DNA from: Deinococcales bacterium
Lineage (GTDB): Bacteria; Deinococcota; Deinococci; Deinococcales; JAAFIG01
Length of the DNA stretch: 64,000 nt
Reading direction: 5' to 3'
Assembly: GCA_031414595.1 (NCBI GenBank)
Contig: JANNVX010000018.1
Coordinates: 1-64,000 of the forward strand
Shown: positions 17,612-26,533 of the stretch, in pieces
How positions within the stretch are numbered: the first letter of the stretch is position 1
Layout of the letters: each line of letters begins with the position of its first letter
The notes under the pieces: model-generated
The model's database searches: none
Told to the model about the DNA's origin: nothing
Seen by the model: only the letters and a program-made list of their open reading frames with translations
Position numbers and translations under genes: made by a program

Positions 17612-18112
17612 ATGCGTTCCGCGCCGGTCAAAACCGCTTTGTCCTTTGAACAGTTTCTCGAGTTTGAAAGCTCGAGCCTCGAGCGGCATGAATTTGTGAA
17701 CGGCAATATCCATGTGTACGGTGAGGCTGGAATCGCACATAACGATGTTGTAAGAATTGAACACGTTTTGCACGGTCTTCAAAGGGTACTTGCAGTCTTT
17801 GAATTGCAAGTCGTTCGACCAACAGAATTGCTTGTCTTTGTTGCAGGTGAATTGACAGCTGTCTTTATGGTTTTATCGAGTATGGCAGAATTGTTGGCTC
17901 GTGGTGAGAAGTGGCAGAATTATCAGACCATTCCAAGTCTCGAGCAGTACGTGTTGCTTTCACAATCCGAGCCTTTAGCCGAAGTGTACACCCGTCAAGC
18001 AGATGGTTCTAGGCGCTATCAGTCGTTTTCGGGTGCGGCAATCATTTCTTTTCCAAGTATTTCTTTTGAATTGTCTCTAAAAACTTTATATGCCGATTTG
18101 CCTGTCAATTAA
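17612..18112 (+). CDS. Uma2-family (DUF820) protein with degenerate core
   Basis: Start moved to ATG 17612. FEQFLEFE..RHEFVNG and RGEKWQNYQTIPSLEQYVLLSQ are Uma2-like; the central PD/EVLS region is not conserved. Confidence 0.7.
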   Translation: MRSAPVKTALSFEQFLEFESSSLERHEFVNGNIHVYGEAGIAHNDVVRIEHVLHGLQRVLAVFELQVVRPTELLVFVAGELTAVFMVLSSMAELLARGEKWQNYQTIPSLEQYVLLSQSEPLAEVYTRQADGSRRYQSFSGAAIISFPSISFELSLKTLYADLPVN

Positions 18113-18252
18113 TATCAGGTAAGCATCAGGTTTTGTCTTTAGCATGAAAGTCAGAAGTACGTGAAAGGAGGTGCTTTGGCATCTAAACATCCGTTTTCGT
18201 TTTTCGTCATTTTTTCCACTGGTGCAGACAAAGAGAGGCGTATCCTGACTGA

Positions 18253-19080
18253 TTACAAAAAAGTTGTTGCTATCTCGAGTGCGTTCTGTGTTAATTCTGG
18301 GATGCACTCGAGATTAATGTTGTGTGACAGAAGTGGCAAGACCAGTTCCGTGGGTAAATTCCCGATTAAATGATTGCCAGCAAATGGACAACCGCCAATC
18401 CCACCAAGTGTTCCCTCAAGCCATGTAATTCCAGCATCTAAGGCGGCTTGGGCTAGACCAACAGCAGCTTCGGCTCGAGCATGGAGATGCACACCGATGT
18501 TTTGATTGCCAAAATTTTGAACGACTGCGCTTGTAACTTGTTGCACTCGAGCAACATCGGCAATACCGTAAGTATCGGCAAGAACGATGTTCTGAATACC
18601 AATTTCGCGTAGGTGCGCCACGCTCTCAAGGACTAATTCCACATCCCACGGGTCATTGTATGGGTTGCCAAATCCCATTGAAAGGTAAACCACCAACCGT
18701 AAATGCTCGGCTCGAGACTGAATTTCTGCAACCAATCCCCATGAATCCTCGAGTGAAGTGTTGGTGTTGCGGCGCTGGAATGTATCTGAAATGGACAACG
18801 GATAGCCAACACTACTTACTTTTTTGCAAGCCAAGGCTCGAGTTAAACCTTTTTGATTGGCGATGATGCAGAGTAAATCGGCTTTTGTTGCGGGTAGTGC
18901 TTCAAGTACCGCTTCGGTGTCTGCCATTTGTGGGATGGCGTGACTCGAGACAAAACTGCCACAGTCAAGGTGCGTAAATCCTGCTTCAAGCAGGTTTTTG
19001 AGGTGTGCAATTTTTTGTTCGGTAGGAATAAATGTTTGCATCCCTTGCCAAGCATCGCGTGGGCATTCAACATAAATCAC
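18253..19080 (-). CDS. Hydroxymethylglutaryl-CoA lyase
   Basis: ECPRDAWQG, GSFVS..IPQMAD, LADTYG, GVHLH, GGIGGCPFA. Confidence 0.9.
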   Translation of the reverse strand: MIYVECPRDAWQGMQTFIPTEQKIAHLKNLLEAGFTHLDCGSFVSSHAIPQMADTEAVLEALPATKADLLCIIANQKGLTRALACKKVSSVGYPLSISDTFQRRNTNTSLEDSWGLVAEIQSRAEHLRLVVYLSMGFGNPYNDPWDVELVLESVAHLREIGIQNIVLADTYGIADVARVQQVTSAVVQNFGNQNIGVHLHARAEAAVGLAQAALDAGITWLEGTLGGIGGCPFAGNHLIGNLPTELVLPLLSHNINLECIPELTQNALEIATTFL

Positions 19081-20552
19081 AACAGCCTCAGTTGGGCTAA
19101 TTTGGCTTCCGTGACCCGATTTTTTCCGTTTTTCTTGGCGTGGTATTGGGCATCATCGGTGCGTTTGATCAGTTGGGTCAGGTTTTCTTGTGGCTCGAGT
19201 TGGGCTACGCCGACACTGACGGTTACTCGGATGTTTTTTGTTTCAATCACAAACGGGTGGGCAGCAATAATTTGGTTTAGTTCCGAGGCGAGTTTGACAG
19301 CATTCTCAAGTGGACAGTTTTTTAGGAGCATTAAAAATTCTTCGCCACCCCAGCGAATCATCGTGTCGCTGTTGCGGAGTACGGTTTTACTCAAACTCAC
19401 CACTTCGCGCAGTACCGTGTCACCGGCACTGTGTCCGTAGGTGTCATTGATTTTTTTGAAATCATCAATATCAAAAATAATCAAACTCAAGGCTTTTTGT
19501 TCACGCTTACTTTCTTTTTCGGCTTGCTCGAGTAGGGCTTCGCCAATCGAACGGTTATTTGCTCCTGTCAACGCATCGGTGGTGGCAAAAAACTCGAGCC
19601 GACGCTGATACTGATTGATTGCCAGTACCGTCAAACCCAAAACCAGTGCTGTGGCAATAATACCAAACAATAAATTCAGTAATAACAAGCGTAAAAATGG
19701 GGCGGTGGCACTGCTTTCGTCTTGTTCAATCAGTAAGTACCAACCAAGTTCGCTGATGTATCTTGAATTGAGTTGAACCGTCGCGCCTTGGCGGGTAAAC
19801 GAAGTTTGTTTTGCATTTTTGCTACTTAAAATCTGAGCCGCCACAGTGCCAAGCCCTTCTAGGTCTTTAATCGAAATTTGACGGATGTCTTTGACTCCAA
19901 AGTGTTGTTTATCTGCCAACATCAGATTGCCCTGATTGGAAACAAAATAAACCCGTTGTGAAAACCGATCCTCGATTCTCGAGATCAGTTTATTGAGTGA
20001 ATCAAAAGTAACCCCAACCCCAGTCACGCCAAGTAAACGACCTCCAGCATCAAGTAAGCGGTAATTGATAAAAATAGTCAGTTGGTTGCGGTTGGCTTGG
20101 TCGGTATCGGAACTGAGTTCATAGCGGGCTTTTTGGGCGGTAAAGCGAAAATACCAGTCGTCTCGAGGGTCGGTTTTCGCTAAAGTTTTTAAGATACCGC
20201 CAGCGTAATAGTATTTCTTGCTGCGTTCGGAAATAAAAAAACTGGTGTTGGCATTAAACTGTTTTTTGATGTTGGCAAGGTAACGAATCACCGATTGGGG
20301 GTTATTTTCGCCACTCAGCACCCAGTCTCGCAAAAAAGTGTTTTCTGCCATTTGTGCCGAAATAAATATAGGACGAAGCAATTGGCGTTGAACTTCGGAG
20401 TAGACACTATCGCCAGCCAAAGGCAGACTTTGGGTTTGAATGCTGCTGCGAACCGAGGCTTGGGCAGCAAAAAATCCAAGGATACTGATGCTTAAAAACC
20501 CCAGCCCAAGAATTAAACCAAGTACCCACAGCAATTGCTTTTTTTGCACCAT
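19077..20552 (-). CDS. Cache-sensor diguanylate cyclase
   Basis: Two TM segments, DIDDFKKIND, RWGGEEF. Confidence 0.9.
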   Translation of the reverse strand: MVQKKQLLWVLGLILGLGFLSISILGFFAAQASVRSSIQTQSLPLAGDSVYSEVQRQLLRPIFISAQMAENTFLRDWVLSGENNPQSVIRYLANIKKQFNANTSFFISERSKKYYYAGGILKTLAKTDPRDDWYFRFTAQKARYELSSDTDQANRNQLTIFINYRLLDAGGRLLGVTGVGVTFDSLNKLISRIEDRFSQRVYFVSNQGNLMLADKQHFGVKDIRQISIKDLEGLGTVAAQILSSKNAKQTSFTRQGATVQLNSRYISELGWYLLIEQDESSATAPFLRLLLLNLLFGIIATALVLGLTVLAINQYQRRLEFFATTDALTGANNRSIGEALLEQAEKESKREQKALSLIIFDIDDFKKINDTYGHSAGDTVLREVVSLSKTVLRNSDTMIRWGGEEFLMLLKNCPLENAVKLASELNQIIAAHPFVIETKNIRVTVSVGVAQLEPQENLTQLIKRTDDAQYHAKKNGKNRVTEAKLAQLRLL

Positions 20553-20580
20553 AATCCTAGTTTAGCAAGTTTTTTAAGAA

Positions 20581-21432
20581 TTACGACTCGAGGGCAGTTT
20601 CTAAGGCTTTGATAAACACTTCAGTGTCATCAAACCAAGGGTAATGCCCAGCCTCAAGTTCAAACAGTTCGGCTTGCAGTAAATCCACCAACCAATCAGT
20701 CTGGCTCGGGTAACTGGTGCTGTCTTCGATGCCAGCAATCACAAACACTGGGATTTGGATTTCAGCAAAGTACAACGGGTACTCGAGTTCCCATAAGTTA
20801 TTAAAAACCAATCCTTCCTGCATTGTACCACTGCCAAAAAGCCCGCTTTCAGAATCAATAAATTCCATATGCAGCCGCGAAGCTGGATTTGGGAAATGCA
20901 GGGTTAGCAGTAAATCTTCACGCATTTCAAAGGCAGTTTCGGCTCGAGTTTGGCTGTTTTCAGATATGGGAACATTGCGTTCGGTCATTCGACTGGCAGC
21001 ATCGAGCAACACCCGTGATAACTCTGGAAAATGCACCCAAGGATTGACCACAATTACGCGGTCAATGTGCTTGTTAAAACGTCTTGCGTACTCGAGGGCA
21101 ATGACTGCCCCAAAACCATGTCCAAGTGGTACAAAGCTCCGCAAGCCAAGGTGCGCCCGCAGCGCCTCGAGATCATCTACCAAAGCATCTATCGTAAATA
21201 ATTCTGGGTTGGCTTCGAGTTCTTCAGACCTGCCACAGCTTCGTTGGTCTAAGTAAATCACTCGGTACGACTCAAGCATCTCGCCGCAAACCTCGAAGAA
21301 GCTATAACTGTTATAGCCAAGGTCATGTAGGTAAATAATCGCTTGGGCGTTGTCGCGTCCAGTGTCAGTGTAAAATAAATCCACGCCATTTAAGCGCACA
21401 TAATTTTGTCCAAGTTCAAGGTCATCCATCAT
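20581..21432 (-). CDS. Alpha/beta-fold hydrolase (proline iminopeptidase-like)
   Basis: LDQRSCGRS, LGHGFGA, AGHYPW. Confidence 0.8.
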   Translation of the reverse strand: MMDDLELGQNYVRLNGVDLFYTDTGRDNAQAIIYLHDLGYNSYSFFEVCGEMLESYRVIYLDQRSCGRSEELEANPELFTIDALVDDLEALRAHLGLRSFVPLGHGFGAVIALEYARRFNKHIDRVIVVNPWVHFPELSRVLLDAASRMTERNVPISENSQTRAETAFEMREDLLLTLHFPNPASRLHMEFIDSESGLFGSGTMQEGLVFNNLWELEYPLYFAEIQIPVFVIAGIEDSTSYPSQTDWLVDLLQAELFELEAGHYPWFDDTEVFIKALETALES

Positions 21433-21449
21433 CCTAGCAGTCTACCCGT

Positions 21450-21478
21450 TTGACACACCGCCAAGTCAGTGATAAACT
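21450..21478 (+). promoter_or_regulatory. Sigma70-type promoter of the tRNA operon
   Basis: TTGACA-17 nt-TAAACT. Confidence 0.8.
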
Positions 21479-21511
21479 CCTCGCCGCTTAAGTCACCCAC
21501 TTAAACGGCGA

Positions 21512-21586
21512 GGCGTTGTAGCCAAGTGGTAAGGCAAGGCTCTGCAAAAGCCTCATCCGGCGGTTCAAATCCGCCCAACGCCTCCA
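21512..21586 (+). tRNA. tRNA-Cys(GCA)
   Basis: Acceptor GGCGTTG/CAACGCC, anticodon arm AGGCT-CTGCAAA-AGCCT, GGTTCAAATCC, encoded CCA. Confidence 0.97.
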
Positions 21587-21598
21587 CAATTCGTTTTT

Positions 21599-21673
21599 AG
21601 GCTCGTAGCTCAGGGGTAGAGCACTACATTGACACTGTAGGGGTCAGCAGTTCAAATCTGCTCGAGCCTACCA
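21599..21673 (+). tRNA. tRNA-Val(GAC)
   Basis: Acceptor AGGCTCG/CGAGCCT, anticodon arm CTACA-TTGACAC-TGTAG, GTTCAAAT, encoded CCA. Confidence 0.97.
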
Positions 21674-21680
21674 CGCGAAA

Positions 21681-21717
21681 GACGCATAAATTCATTTTAT
21701 GCGTCTCGTTTTTTTTT
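21681..21717 (+). terminator. Intrinsic terminator after the tRNAs
   Basis: GACGCATAAA..TTTATGCGTC followed by a T run. Confidence 0.85.
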
Positions 21718-21866
21718 GCTTTTACACCCTAACTACACCCTAAAAGTCCCTTTACATGTCTAGCCCCTTTAGCGTCATAGAAGCTAAACAGAATAGTTCA
21801 TGAACTTCAAATGCAAATCAGATTTTTGATGACCATTTTTCACATCAGACTGGGTATACTAAGACC

Positions 21867-22445
21867 ATGACAGGTCTACTTTCTCGAGTCTCGCGCCCCT
21901 TCGTTCTCGTGCTGTTGATGCTCATGCCTTTGGCACAAGCTGCACCGCTTGGTTTGGTGCTTGAATCGGGTTTGACGGCTCGAGTCAATTATGCTTTTTC
22001 GAGTAATCAAGCCCTTGCAATTGCCCTCGAGTTTGAAACCCCGATTTCTGTGCCACTACCGATAGATGTCAGTTTGACGGCTCGGGTTGGGTATAACTTT
22101 AACGCTGGTGGTTTTGACGCTGGCTTCTTAGCCAAAGCCTTGGTCTTAAATTCGATTTCGGGGGGTTTACTCGGTGTTGGCTTATGGTTTGACATTGATG
22201 CGCGAAATATCGGTTCGACCTTAAATACCTTCAAAGTGGCTTTTGGTCCGTTTATGAACATTAACTTTGACCCACTTTATGCCACCCTTAGCGCTTCGAT
22301 TTTTTCTTTGTCGAACGGTGTCTATGCCTTTGACCTTGGATTTGCAGCCCGCTATTACTTTGATATTTTTGCCATCGAATTTGGCATTGATTACAACACC
22401 ATTGGCTTGGCTCGGGCTTCGTTTGGGTTGCGCTTTAGTCTGTGA
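21867..22445 (+). CDS. Exported hypothetical protein, possible small outer-membrane beta-barrel
   Basis: Signal peptide (..PLAQA), amphipathic Gly/aromatic beta strands, C-terminal FGLRFSL. Confidence 0.55.
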   Translation: MTGLLSRVSRPFVLVLLMLMPLAQAAPLGLVLESGLTARVNYAFSSNQALAIALEFETPISVPLPIDVSLTARVGYNFNAGGFDAGFLAKALVLNSISGGLLGVGLWFDIDARNIGSTLNTFKVAFGPFMNINFDPLYATLSASIFSLSNGVYAFDLGFAARYYFDIFAIEFGIDYNTIGLARASFGLRFSL

Positions 22446-23299
22446 AACTTAAATATGTCTTAACCCCCGGTTGGTGGGGTGTAGTGCCGAGTCTAACGCT
22501 GCTGGCAATTTTTGTGATGTATCCGCTTTGGCAAGTGCTGCAAATCTCGAGTCTCAAATGGGATGGCGTGGTGGCTGGCGAAAGTATTGGTTTTGGGAAT
22601 TATGTAAGGCTGTTTAGCGATGCTGACCTTGGGCGCAGTTTAATCACGACCCTGACTTTGGCTGTCTTTGTCCTGCCTATTTTTGTGACTTTATCGGCGA
22701 TTATTGCGATTGAACTCGAGGGGACTAAGTTTGAACGGGTCATTAAAGCCATTTTGTTCCTGCCCGGACTCTGGACAATTGGGGCAAGTGCTATCGGTTG
22801 GTACACCCTGTACGCCCCAGATTACGGAATTATTGCCACCATCACCAATGGCGCGGTTGCCTTGCCATGGGGCGACCAAGGCTGGGCAGCTTTAACACTG
22901 GTTGGGGCGTTTACGATTTGGCAAAACATTGGCTATGCGGTCTTGGTGGTTAGCGCTGGGCTAAAAGGAATTCCACAAGAAACGCTCGAGGCGGCAAGGG
23001 TGGATGGGGCAAATGAAAACCAAGTGCGTTGGAAAATTGTGATTCCACTCCTGCGTCCTAGCCTGACCTTCTTAGCTGTGATTGGTGGCTTATACGCCCT
23101 GCAAAGTTATACGGCGGTGTACTTACTGACCCGAGGTGGTCCTTTTGGTAGCACTCGAGTTTTAGGCTACTTTTTATACGAAACGGCATTTGAAAAGTTT
23201 GAATTTGGCTACGGCGCAGCGCTTTCGATGGTTGCGCTTTTGCTGGCGTTCACTTTTGCAGCGCTTCAAGCTCGGGCGCTGCGTGGGAGCGAGCAATGA
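22442..23299 (+). CDS. Carbohydrate ABC transporter permease
   Basis: LEAARVDGA EAA loop, TRGGP, multiple TM segments. Confidence 0.92.
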   Translation: MKLKYVLTPGWWGVVPSLTLLAIFVMYPLWQVLQISSLKWDGVVAGESIGFGNYVRLFSDADLGRSLITTLTLAVFVLPIFVTLSAIIAIELEGTKFERVIKAILFLPGLWTIGASAIGWYTLYAPDYGIIATITNGAVALPWGDQGWAALTLVGAFTIWQNIGYAVLVVSAGLKGIPQETLEAARVDGANENQVRWKIVIPLLRPSLTFLAVIGGLYALQSYTAVYLLTRGGPFGSTRVLGYFLYETAFEKFEFGYGAALSMVALLLAFTFAALQARALRGSEQ

Positions 23300-24093
23300 A
23301 AACCGCTCGGTTATCTGGGACGTGGTTTGGAAAAATCATTGTCGGGATCGTACTGGTTTTTGTGACCCTGCCGATTCTTTGGTTAGCGTACAGCGCTTTT
23401 TTGCCACCCGATGCGGTCTTCAAAACCGACGGTATTCCCACGGGTTTCACGCTCGAGAATTTTGCCAAGCTGCCATTTGATACACTCATCCGCCCGCTCA
23501 TTCTAAGTTTAATCGTTTCGAGTCTGGTGGTGATGCTGCAATTAACTGTTTCCTTGCCAGCAGCGTATGCGATTCGCAGTGGGGCGAAGCTCTTGCCTTT
23601 GTATTTGTTGCTGCTTTCGATTCCCGCCGAGTTAATGCTGATTCCAATTTACGGACTCTTAAAGGACTTGGGTTTACTGAATAACCCTTTGGCGTTGGTT
23701 TTTCCATTTATTGCTAACCCGTTTATTGTGTTTTTACTCTATAGCGGGATTGCCAAATTGCCTTGGACATTTATCGAGGCAGCACGGTTAGACGGGGCAA
23801 ACAATTTGCAAATCCTCTTAAAAATCGTTGCACCGCTTTTGCGCCCAGAGATGACGGCGGCGGCGGTGTTGGGTTTTGCGGCACACTGGAATTTGGTGCT
23901 GTATCCTAAAGTTGTTCTCGATAACCCACAGTGGTGGACAGTCCAAGTTGCCTTGACCGAAATGCTCCGTAAAGACCCGAACGCATGGGGCAAACTCGGG
24001 GCGGCGGCGATGTTGACCAGCTTACCAATTCTGATTCTGTACATTATTTTTGAATCTCGAGTCACCAAAACACTCGAGGGCGGGCTTAAATAG
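23296..24093 (+). CDS. Carbohydrate ABC transporter permease
   Basis: IEAARLDGA EAA loop, multiple TM segments. Confidence 0.92.
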   Translation: MKTARLSGTWFGKIIVGIVLVFVTLPILWLAYSAFLPPDAVFKTDGIPTGFTLENFAKLPFDTLIRPLILSLIVSSLVVMLQLTVSLPAAYAIRSGAKLLPLYLLLLSIPAELMLIPIYGLLKDLGLLNNPLALVFPFIANPFIVFLLYSGIAKLPWTFIEAARLDGANNLQILLKIVAPLLRPEMTAAAVLGFAAHWNLVLYPKVVLDNPQWWTVQVALTEMLRKDPNAWGKLGAAAMLTSLPILILYIIFESRVTKTLEGGLK

Positions 24094-24131
24094 AGGCGAA
24101 GGGCAAAAGGCAAAGGGTAAAAGGGTAAAAA

Positions 24132-24935
24132 GTGAGTTTGGATTTATCCCGAAAAACCAATATTGCCGTCGGGGATATTCATGGCTGTTTTAAGCAGTTA
24201 CTCAATTTACTCGAGCGTGAAGATGTTATTGACTCGAGCCGAAATTGGAGTGCTGGAAACTCGAGTCTGATTTTTCTTGGTGATTATATGGACAGAGGCG
24301 AGGACGGCATTGGTGTGTTGGACTTTATTATGCACCTCGAGACCCAAGCCAAAAATGCGGGTGGCGAAGTGATTGCCTTACTTGGCAACCACGATGTAAT
24401 TATGCTCGAGGCTTATTATTTTGGAAACCGAGTAGTCGAAACCTTGTTGCTATATGGACAGAATTTAACTTTTAAGCAAATGTGGCTCGAGAATGCAGGT
24501 GGTCAAATTACCGACCTTGAAAATTTTGAGCCAAAGCATCTGCAATGGCTCAAAAGTCGCCCAGTCATGCACCAAATTGGGGAAACATTGCTGCTTCATG
24601 CCGATGGCGAATTTTATCTCGAGTACGGTAGTAGTATTGCGGAAATCAACCAGACAATAACAGCCATTCTTATGCAGCCAGAGATTAAAAAAATAGACCA
24701 TCTCGAGGAGCGTTTTGCAAGCCGAAAAGCCTTTGTCTATGATACCCAAGTGGCTCGAGATTTTGCTCAGTTTTTTGGAGTTAAACATATTGTTCATGGA
24801 CACACACCTATTTTTAGACTCTGCCAACTCGAGGTTAGTGAAGTCACTGAGCCTTTTATTTACGCTGATGGCATCTGTATCAACTTAGACCATGCGCTCT
24901 GTTACGGCGGACTGGGTTTTGTTTACCGTTTTTAA
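24132..24935 (+). CDS. Metallophosphoesterase (calcineurin-like)
   Basis: GDIHG, GDYMDRG, LLGNHD, VHGHT. Confidence 0.9.
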   Translation: MSLDLSRKTNIAVGDIHGCFKQLLNLLEREDVIDSSRNWSAGNSSLIFLGDYMDRGEDGIGVLDFIMHLETQAKNAGGEVIALLGNHDVIMLEAYYFGNRVVETLLLYGQNLTFKQMWLENAGGQITDLENFEPKHLQWLKSRPVMHQIGETLLLHADGEFYLEYGSSIAEINQTITAILMQPEIKKIDHLEERFASRKAFVYDTQVARDFAQFFGVKHIVHGHTPIFRLCQLEVSEVTEPFIYADGICINLDHALCYGGLGFVYRF

Positions 24936-25083
24936 GCCCCGGTCATGAATCATTTTTTTTTCCGTAGCTCGAGTTACAACTGTCTGCCTTTCTTTTGCGC
25001 TAGACTAATTCAGAATCAAAACTAACTCGAGGCAAGCTGCTTTTATCGGTAAGCTCGAGAATTCTATTCTAGGAGCGTGACAG

Positions 25084-25959
25084 ATGTTTCCAGCAAACTT
25101 CGAGTACATACGATCCCACAGCATCGATGAGGCTTTTGCTGCCCTGCAACAACATGGCGGCGAAGCTCGAGTTCTTGCGGGTGGGCAGAGTTTAATCCCA
25201 GCCATGCGTTACCGACTTGCCCGCCCTGCGGTTTTGGTGGATATTAACCCGATTAAAGAACTTTCTTATTTACACGAAAAAGATGGTTTTTTGGTGATTG
25301 GCGCAACCACCCGTGATGCTGCTCTCGAGTTTGACCAAAACATTTTGGCGCGGTACAGCCTGATTACGGCGGTTTCAAAGGTCGTCGCTGACCCAATTGT
25401 GCGCCACATGGGAACAGTTGTCGGTAGCATCTGTCACAATGACCCATCGGGCGACTGGACGGCAACCGCGCTGGCTGCTCGAGCTACAATGGTGGTGCGT
25501 GGCGCAAATGGCACACGAGAAATCCCAATAGATGAATTCTTGGTGGATTCATTTACCACTGCCATTTTAGAGGGCGAAATGGCGCTTGAGGTGCGAATTC
25601 CCATCCCAGATGCCCATACCCAAGGCAGTTATCAAAAAATCGAACGTAAAGTTGGTGACTATGCCACTTGTGCTGCTGCTGTGCAGTTATCCATGAATAG
25701 TGATGGCACAATCCGCCAAGCAGGAATTGCGATTACGGCGGTTGGTCATATTGCCATGCGCGTCAGTGTTGCCGAAGCGATGCTGGTTGGTCAACGTCCA
25801 AGTTTAGAACTGATTAAAGCGGCGGCTGCCGAAGCGCCAAAAATTGCCAGTCCCAACGCTGACCAACGCGGTTCTGCCGGGTACAAAAAAGACATGGCAA
25901 GGGTCTTGGTGGCTCGAGGCATCAAAGAATCCTTACAACGCTTGGGGGTATCCGCATGA
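25084..25959 (+). CDS. coxM: Aerobic CO dehydrogenase medium (FAD) subunit
   Basis: [19 protein letters not shown]; first gene of the M-S-L order. Confidence 0.9.
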   Translation: MFPANFEYIRSHSIDEAFAALQQHGGEARVLAGGQSLIPAMRYRLARPAVLVDINPIKELSYLHEKDGFLVIGATTRDAALEFDQNILARYSLITAVSKVVADPIVRHMGTVVGSICHNDPSGDWTATALAARATMVVRGANGTREIPIDEFLVDSFTTAILEGEMALEVRIPIPDAHTQGSYQKIERKVGDYATCAAAVQLSMNSDGTIRQAGIAITAVGHIAMRVSVAEAMLVGQRPSLELIKAAAAEAPKIASPNADQRGSAGYKKDMARVLVARGIKESLQRLGVSA

Positions 25960-26438
25960 GCCAAATCAGTCTGAGCATCAATGGTAAATCTCACACTGCC
26001 GAAGTCGAGAACCGCACCCTTTTGGTGCATTTTATTCGTGAGCAAGCCAAATTGACCGGCACACACGTCGGCTGTGACTCGAGCAGTTGCGGTGTCTGTA
26101 CTGTTTTAATGGATGGTGTGCCTGTCAAATCCTGCACCGTGTTTGCAGTCATGGCAGAAGGTCATCAAATTAAAACAGTTGAATCCCTTGCGCCTGGCGG
26201 TGTTCTACACCCAATCCAACAGGCTTTTTGGGATCAACACGGCTTGCAATGCGGTTACTGCACCCCCGGGATGATGATGACCAGCCTTGCGATGCTCGAG
26301 CAGAACCCCAACCCAAGCGAACACGAAATCCGCGAAGGGCTAAGCGGCAACTTATGCCGTTGTACGGGCTACAACAACATCGTCAAAGCTGTGCAGCAAG
26401 CTGCGACTACCATGTCCGCCCAAGCTGCTGATGATTAG
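25956..26438 (+). CDS. coxS: Aerobic CO dehydrogenase small (2Fe-2S) subunit
   Basis: [27 protein letters not shown]. Confidence 0.92.
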   Translation: MSQISLSINGKSHTAEVENRTLLVHFIREQAKLTGTHVGCDSSSCGVCTVLMDGVPVKSCTVFAVMAEGHQIKTVESLAPGGVLHPIQQAFWDQHGLQCGYCTPGMMMTSLAMLEQNPNPSEHEIREGLSGNLCRCTGYNNIVKAVQQAATTMSAQAADD

Positions 26439-26442
26439 AACC

Positions 26443-26505
26443 GTAGAGGCGAGGCGACCCAGCCCGTCAGGTGCATCTTTAGGGTCAAGACAGCATGCCT
26501 CGCCC
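26443..26505 (+). repeat. REP interrupted by a ~39-bp mini-element
   Basis: GTAGAGGCGAG[GCGACCCAGCCCGTCAGGTGCATCTTTAGGGTCAAGACA]GCATGCCTCGCCC. Confidence 0.8.
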
Positions 26506-26533
26506 TGTGACCAATAATGCCAAGGAGTTCTCT

